From positions 83,080,001 through 83,144,000 of the forward strand of contig NC_043004.1 in the NCBI RefSeq assembly GCF_006345805.1: a stretch of DNA of 64,000 nt. The letters run 5' to 3'. The notes beneath the pieces are model-generated. The model worked only from the letters and a program-made list of their open reading frames with translations. It did not search any database and was not told the DNA's origin. This DNA is from Octopus sinensis. Its lineage: Eukaryota. Positions 56,848 to 64,000 of this stretch are shown here, piece by piece (position 1 is the stretch's first letter; every line of letters begins with the position of its first letter). A program made the translations under genes and the position numbers.

Positions 56848-57840
56848 GACTAGAGGGTCAATTCACCTTCTTCAGAAGGTTTCCAAACGTGGAGGCAAAT
56901 GCCTCGCGCGATATTAATCACTTTACACAACAAAATTTCAACGTCTAATCACAGATAACAACACACGTGGGTAAATTTCCTCTATGTGTTCAAATCTTCT
57001 TTTTTTTCTACATTGTATACTTTTTAGACAATAGTCTTTTCTTTAATTAATTTTTTTATTATCCATCTGGACTATTCCATTTCTGCACGCGAATTTTATT
57101 TTTAATTTATTCTCATTCATGTGAAACCACTTATTCAAGTTCAAGTCATTGATGCAATTTTATACCAATTGCTATTTTTACTTTTTTTATGTTACGATTA
57201 TATTACACTTTAGTTTAATTTTAATTATTACTTCCTACATATAATTCAATTGTTATTATTATTTTTATTGTTAAAATGAAAGTATCTGACATAAAATAGA
57301 GAAACGTTTTTGCTTCACTTTTAACACGTAATACTGAAATAGTGGAGAAGATATGATGTTGCTATGGGCTTGCTATAGGCAAGAAGTTGAACATTTTTTG
57401 CGCCTGAAACTATATGGACCCTAATTAAGGCATGTGTAAAATTTGAATGGAATTGGTTGTGTATTTCTCAAGCTTTAGGGAATCGTAGTGGAGAAGATAT
57501 GATATTGTTGTGGGCTCGCCCTAGGCAAAAAGTTAAAAATAATTTGCCCATGAGACTCCCCGGACCCTAAGAAAGGCATGTGTAAAATTTGAAGGAAATT
57601 GGTTGTGTAGTTCTCAAGTTTTAGGGAAACACACAGACAGACAGACACACACACATTCTCAGTTTTATATATATATAAAGATTTCCGTAAAAGTTTCAAC
57701 AAACAAAAACAGTAAAGGAAGCACTGGTAAAAAAACTTACTTGAATATACACAAATATTTGATCAAATTTTAAAGTGTGCCTGTCCATAAAATATGCAAT
57801 CTGGCAAATAGGGTTCATAATGAAATATTTACAGAGCACA

Positions 57841-58220
57841 AGTGTGGCTGTGTGGTAAGTAGTTTGCTTACCAACTATATGGTTCCGGGTTCAGTCCCAC
57901 TGTGTGGCACCTTGGGCAAGAGTCTTCTACTATAGCCGCGGGCCGACCAAAGCCTTGTGAGTGAATTTGATAGACGGAAACTGAAAGAAGCCCGTCGTAT
58001 ATATATTTATATATATGTGTGTATTTATGTATCTATGTTTATCCCTCCCCCCCACCATCGCTTGAGAACCGATGCTGGTGTGTTTACGTCCCCGTAACTT
58101 AGCGGTTTGGCTAACGAGAACGATAGGCTTACAAAGAATAAGTCCGGGGTCGATTTGCTCGACTAAAAAGCGGTGCTCCAGCATGGCCGCAGTCAAAATG
58201 ACTGAAAACAACTAAAGGAG
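57841..58220 (+). mobile_element. SINE family A, full length
   Basis: Matches 12616-13050, ending GCGGTGCTCCAGCATGGCCGCAGTC. Confidence 0.85.
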
Positions 58221-59019
58221 AGCAGTAAATAAAGTATTTTTGAACAAATTCTGTTAAAATTTAGCGATTTGAGTCAAGAGACGGTGAAATTTGATTCTCT
58301 AATATTATTGCATCTTTGATAAAATTTCAGCATTTCAAAAAACTTCTTTTCTTTTACTGTCATGCTTTTATACTATCAGCTTCTTTACAACTTATTCGTG
58401 TATCCATCTTTAAAACAAAACATGTAAACCACGTTAACTGTAATTATCTTCCAATTTACTAGTTTTTCTAATGATCAATTATAGTTTTATGTAACATATT
58501 TCTGTGCATATCTCTAAAACATTCAGATAAGCCACATGTAATCCGAACGAAGGGATTATTGTTCAAATGTAATTAGATGATACGTCGTAAATTATTTAAA
58601 ACAATTTTATATGGTTACATGAGACAGACAATACACAATATCTAATGTGTATAAAGTACTAGGAAGTATATAAATAACAATGACATCAAATGGATCTATG
58701 TAATTAGGGCTTATGTATTAAGAAAATGCTCATCATAGGATGCAATAAAGTACTGTGTGCGCTATGATTTGATCATTATCGGTGTTTATATCTAAAATCA
58801 ACAACTTTTATCACTAGAGTTAATAAATGTAAATCTTCAGTATATGTATATGTGTGAAGGAGGTCTATACGTTTGTAGAAAATCGTTAAAACCCACGTTC
58901 ACACACACGCCCACGCAAACATTTACATGCACACACACACACGCTCAAACACACGCACACATTCACACACACACTCACACACACACATACACGTATATAT
59001 ATATATGTATATATGTATA

Positions 59020-59170
59020 CGGCAGGCTCCTTCCAGTTTCTGTCTACCAATTCCACTGACAAGATTTTGATCGGCCCGAGGCTACAGTAGAAGACACCTG
59101 TCCAAAGTACCACGCAGTGGGACTGAGCCCGGTACCATGTGAATGGTAAGTAAGCTGCTTACCACAGAAC
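59020..59170 (-). mobile_element. SINE family A, 5' half
   Basis: CAGTTTC.GTCTACCAA..CCACGCAGTGGGACTGA. Confidence 0.7.
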
Positions 59171-59631
59171 CATGTTATCGTGAACCAGGTCAGTTTAAGA
59201 AAATGTAAACTTTTTTGAACTTATAATATTCTCTGTGTGTATATACATACAGATACAATACCAATATTCCACTGAACTTTTAAATAATTCCCTCTGGAAA
59301 CTAATTTTAACATTTCCTTGAGAATGTATTTATAAGTTGTAATCTGTTGTGCCCAATATTTTAATGAACTTATTAAACTTTTTTATATTTTCCCAAGATT
59401 TTCCCTTGTTAGCTGTTCTTAACATGTTCTTGTTATCAAAGAATGTATATATGTATTGTAGTATTTTGTGACAACTAATAACTAACACAACCAAGCTTTT
59501 ACATGTTTCTTTTGACAATTTTTTCTAAAAAGTGATACCGGTAAAGTAAATAAACATCTTTTAAAATTGCATTTCCAAACCTTCTTTCATATATAAGTTC
59601 ACTCGTGCGGTACGTTACAACTCCACTTTGT

Positions 59632-59694
<63 letters not shown>

Positions 59695-59709
59695 TATACA
59701 TATAATATA

Positions 59710-59739
<30 letters not shown>

Positions 59740-59741
<2 letters not shown>

Positions 59742-60075
59742 AGGGTGAAAAATTAAATATTAATTTCATTAGTGTCAGTTTTAAACCAGTGGCCTAGCAT
59801 ATTGAAAAATCTGAAGATTCAGAAAATCTGAAGATTCAGAAAATCTGAAGATTTATCCATTATGCTAGAAGTAGATCCCCTATGGTCTTAACACTAAGAA
59901 AGGATTGTTCTCAAGAAAATTTAGCAAACGCCAGGACGTATCATTTCATTTGTCTTGCTCGTTTACGTTCTGGCGTTTGGTAAATTTTCTTGGGAACAAT
60001 CTTTTCTTTGTGGTAAGTTTATGGGGGGGGGGTCTACTTCTAGCATAATGAATGTCTACTTAGTGGTCATCCCTG
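59740..60075. repeat. (TA)n-flanked foldback element
   Basis: Hairpin at about 59858-60050 (CATTATGCTAGAAGTAGATCCCC / GGGGTCTACTTCTAGCATAATG) and a 17-nt tandem GAAAATCTGAAGATTCA. Confidence 0.6.
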
Positions 60076-60076
60076 T

Positions 60077-60184
<108 letters not shown>

Positions 60185-60216
60185 TTTGTGTGTATGCATA
60201 CATACACACACAGACA

Positions 60217-61965
60217 TCTTAAAATCCTTAAATCCTTAAAAATGTTTTAGCCCGAAGGCCGCGGCCATGCTGGGGCACCACCGCTGAATGAGCCACACTA
60301 GTTTGTGAATCCACCTCTGATACGTGGCACTTGATCAACAAGGGAGTTCGATGCTGCTGCCCGCATCCGTGTCTCCTGTCGTGAGGTAGGTTCATCTGGG
60401 ACTCCCAACAAGAAGAGATCCAGTTTAGTTTTAAAGAAACCCACATCCACACCATGTAAGTCTCTCAGGCATTTAGGGAGGATGTTGAAAAGCTGTGGTC
60501 CTCTGAAACCCAAGCTGTTGCAGTATCTGGACCTGTATTTTGATGGTGATGTTGGAATCCTTGGCACCACGCAGCGGCGCCCCGTTCTGCGGTTGGAGTA
60601 ACTTTGAATGCCAAAGTTTGGGATAAGACCCTCCAGGATTTTCCAGATGTATATTACTGCATATCTCTCCCGCCTCCGCTCCAGGGAGAAGAGGTTTAAT
60701 ACCTTCAGTCTTTCCCAGTAGCTGACATTTTGCATTGAGACGATTTCTTTGTGTAGCTTCTCTGAGTTGCTTCGAGTTCTGCTGTTTGTTTTATATTGTG
60801 TGGTGACCAAAGTTGGAGCAGTAGTCCAAGCGGCTGAGGACAAATTTTTCCATAGGACCATCAGTGTCTCCTTCTCTCTTGTTCTGAAAGTTCGGAGAAT
60901 CCATCCAGCTAGCCGTCTGCATTTTATCACCAGATTAGCAATATGCATTTGGAAAGATGCATCATTGCTCATGTCAATGCCCAGGTCACGCACTGATTTT
61001 GACTCAGGGATTGCAATTCTTCCTGGGCCAGTGTATCCAGTCTTCACGTCATTTACTTTGTGTGCCAGTAGCGCAGGGCCTGGAACTTACCTGCATTAAA
61101 CTGCATGTTGTTGTCCTCAGCCCACCTGTATATTGTGTCCAGCTCATGTTGCAGATGCGCAATATTTTCAGGGTTCTGTATTGCGTGGGAGACCTTTGTG
61201 TCATCTGCATAGCTAGCAAGGGTGGTCATCGTAGCAACTGAAGCATGTCTGAAAGGGCCACTATGAACATCAGTGGCCCCAAGACAGTGCCCTGTGGGAC
61301 ACCGCTTGTTATTTGCGTTTCCCTGGAGGTGGCTCCATTGCTCACAACTGCCTGTTTTCTGTCTTTTAGGAAGTTGTGCAGCCACTCTCCAAGTTTCCCG
61401 CCTATGCCGAGACCACGCAGTTTGTGACAGATCATACCATGGTCGACTTTATCAAAGGCTTTTGCAAAGTCAAGATATATTACATCCACATTTGAGCCAT
61501 TTAGTAGCTGTTTCAACACCCAGTCATAGTGTTGCAGGAGCTGTGTTAGGCAGCCTCTACCTGGTCGAAATCCATGCTGGGTGTCAGACAGTAAGTCATT
61601 TTCTTCAAGGAACATGATTAGTTTCTTACGGACTATTCGTTCCATGACTTTGCTGATGTGTGAGGTCAGAGAGATAGGCCTATAATTTTTAGCATCTGCT
61701 CTGCTCCCTCCCTTATGGATAGGGCATATTACCCCGTCTTTCAGTTTGACTGGGAGCTTACCACTTGCAAGAAAGCTCTGAAAAAGAAGCTGTAGCGGTT
61801 TTGCAAGGGCTCGTTTGCACGATTTGAGAAGGATCGCTGGGAATCCATCAGGTCCAGCAGCTGAGTTTGTGTCAATCTCATCAATGGCTAGTGTGATATC
61901 ATCTTCTTCGATGTTGATGTACTCAATTTTTGTCTCTTTGGCCGCTGGTAAAGTGGCAAAGAATC
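60217..61965 (-). mobile_element. CR1/jockey-group LINE, 5'-truncated, frameshifted
   Basis: ORFs 61226-62044, 61053-61385 and 60298-61047 carry RT motifs. 3' GGTGCCCCAGCATGGCCGCGG and (AAGGATTT)n tail. Confidence 0.92.
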
Positions 61966-62468
61966 TAGTTAAAAAACAAACAAGCCCACAAACTCTCGCA
62001 CGCACACACACACATATACACACAGAGGCTGGTTTTCTTTGCATGACAATCGTTTGAACTTCTTTATATATGTATACTATAAATCTTAGAGAGACTTCTC
62101 TCTAAGAAATTCACAAGTGCTGATATGAAATACATCTGTGAGTTTTGCTTCAGCAAAAGCATTTTCTGAGAAATAGCAGCAAACGTCTACTTTTCTTCTA
62201 ATATACAAAGAAATGTTTATCTGTTACATATTGTCGTAGAAATAGAAATGAGGGTTAAATATAGTAATTAATTTCGAAGCAGAGAATTCATTTGTTCGAA
62301 TGTATAGTCATATATTCACACTATTCTACAAACGCACGCGCGTACACGCGGACATCTCTCTCCCTTTCTCTCTCTCTACCTTTCTTTTTCTCTCTCTCTT
62401 TCTGCATATATATATACGCATGTGTGTATGCATACATACACGCACATATGTATATACAATATACATAC

Positions 62469-62655
62469 CGGCGAGCTGGCAGAACCGTTAGTACGCCGGG
62501 CGAAGTGCGTAGCCACGTTTTTTTAGGTTGACTTTGCCTTTCATCCTTTCGGGGTCGATGAATTAAGTGCCAGTTACGCGCTGGGGTCGATGTAATCGAC
62601 TTATCCCTTTGTCTGTCCTTGTTTGTCCCCTCTGCGTTTAGCCCTTGTGGGTAGT
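62469..62655 (+). mobile_element. SINE with Deu/Nin-domain-like core
   Basis: GGCGAGCTGGCAGAACCGTTAG head; GCCTTTCATCCTTTCGGGGTCGAT..AAGTGCCAG central motif. Confidence 0.55.
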
Positions 62656-62664
62656 AGTAAAAAA

Positions 62665-63028
62665 TACATACATACATACATACATACATACATACATACA
62701 TACATACATACATACATACATACATACATACATACATACATACATACATACATACATACATACATACATACATAATACATACATACATACATAATACATA
62801 CATACATACATACATACATACATACAATACATACATACATACATACATACATACTACATACATACATACATACATACATACATACATACATACATACATA
62901 CATACATACATACATACATACATACATACATACATACATACATACATACATAATACATACATACATACATACATACATACATACATACATACATACATAC
63001 ATACATACATACATACATACATACATAC
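62665..63028. repeat. (CATA)n microsatellite
   Basis: Visible simple repeat. Confidence 0.97.
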
Positions 63029-63372
63029 TATATACTTTTCTGAGTTTTGGCGTACGTTTATAAGAGTTCAGATACAAATGGTTTGAGATTATATTACCGT
63101 GTATAGAAATATTGTAAAACGCTAATGTTTGAATGAGAATAACATAAACGATTTAGCAGCGGTTTTGCTGTAAACTATAATTGGACAGAATTCCATGAGT
63201 GGATTCCTTTTATGTGTTTAAATGTACACTGTATTTTATGAGTAATACATAGTCTTTGGACTAAATGTTTACACGCTAGGCCACTGGAAGTGAAAATTTC
63301 TATTAATTTCTATTTTTTCCATTCGATATGATTAAGTATATATATATAAGTAATCCCTCTCTCTCTCTGTCA

Positions 63373-63419
<47 letters not shown>

Positions 63420-63422
<3 letters not shown>

Positions 63423-63570
63423 GACGGATTTCTTTACATCTACCAAATCCACTTAGAAGGCTTTCATTAACCCGAGGCTATACTAGAAAACACTTGTCCA
63501 AGGTGCAATGTAGTGGGACTGAACCTGGAATCGTGTGGTTGGGAAGTAAGCTTCTCACCACACAGCCACT
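63420..63570 (-). mobile_element. SINE family A, 5' half
   Basis: TCTACCAAATCCACT..GTGGGACTGAACC..CCACACAGCCACT. Confidence 0.7.
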
Positions 63571-64000
63571 TCTACAATTATAGAAGGTGTGTGTTTAAAT
63601 GATTGTATATATTTATTTAAATAGAATTACACACATGCAGAGAGGGAGAGAGAGAGGGAGGAAAAGAGATACACACACACACACGCATATGTATAGATGT
63701 TAGATTACATTCAGATTTAATAAACCATGTCAATTATTGCTTTTCATTTGATCCACTTCGGTCATAAACAAGCGTTAATGAAGAGAGGAATTTTGAAAAG
63801 GAACTGACGTAGCTTCAGTGAAGCTTCATCAGCAACTACACCCACTAGAAACACACTACTACAAGAATTTATCTCACAGTAATGTACACACAAGAAACAA
63901 GTGGTGCATTTCACGTGTTGCTCTGCATGAAATTAATGCTTTCAGAGCGATATATTTCGCAGTAGCGGAAATTATTTTTTAAAATATAAAATATAATGGT

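Larger units (their letters stand above)
53410..56988 (-). mobile_element. Tandem pair of ORF1-only elements bounded by 13-bp direct repeats
   Basis: TTTCCTCTATGTG at 53410-53422 and 56976-56988; TTTCCTCCATGTG at 55192-55204. Confidence 0.75.
52949..57681 (-). mobile_element. Possible non-autonomous Helitron ends enclosing array B
   Basis: Minus-strand A|TCTTTATATATATATAAAACTGAG...GTCTGTCTG start at 57681, with ~125-bp internal repeats at about 57335-57620. GC hairpin GACCCG(N7)CGGGTC with CTAA/CTAG ends at about 52949-52989. Confidence 0.4.

Noticed and set aside
57335-57620. ~125-bp tandem repeats and other short repeats as a CRISPR-like array
   Set aside because: Eukaryotic context, no repeat-spacer periodicity and no cas genes.
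57741-57800. 60-nt AG..GT-bounded minus-strand segment (IAYFMDRHTLKFDQIFVYIQ), faintly like GRL exon 3
   Set aside because: Wrong length, lacks the G..GG.F motif and has no partner exons. Unsupported without transcripts.

Overview
AT-rich, microsatellite-dense eukaryotic (animal) DNA. The SINE/LINE/Penelope repertoire and (TA)n density suggest an octopus-like cephalopod (inference). The host genes are two minus-strand gustatory-receptor-like (GRL/7TMIC) paralogues: one complete four-exon gene that I assembled by eye (32700->21834, 389 aa) and the large first exon of a second (8194/8122->7121). The rest is mostly mobile DNA: CR1/jockey-group LINEs, R4/Dong fragments in (TAA)n, several Penelope-like elements (PLEs), tRNA-derived SINEs, a Tc1 transposon, MITEs and Helitron-like ends. 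The most unusual region is 45.2-57.7 kb. It holds two tandem arrays of ~1.7-1.8 kb units, each encoding only a Tx1/L1-ORF1-like CCHC zinc-knuckle protein with no RT. The units are separated by repeats of their apparent target sequence and share a 3' terminal motif. One array sits inside a hammerhead-ribozyme-containing, retrozyme/pLTR-like foldback repeat. The other sits inside a decayed relative of itself, between Helitron-like ends. Several other (TA)n-flanked foldback elements with hammerhead motifs occur across the window.
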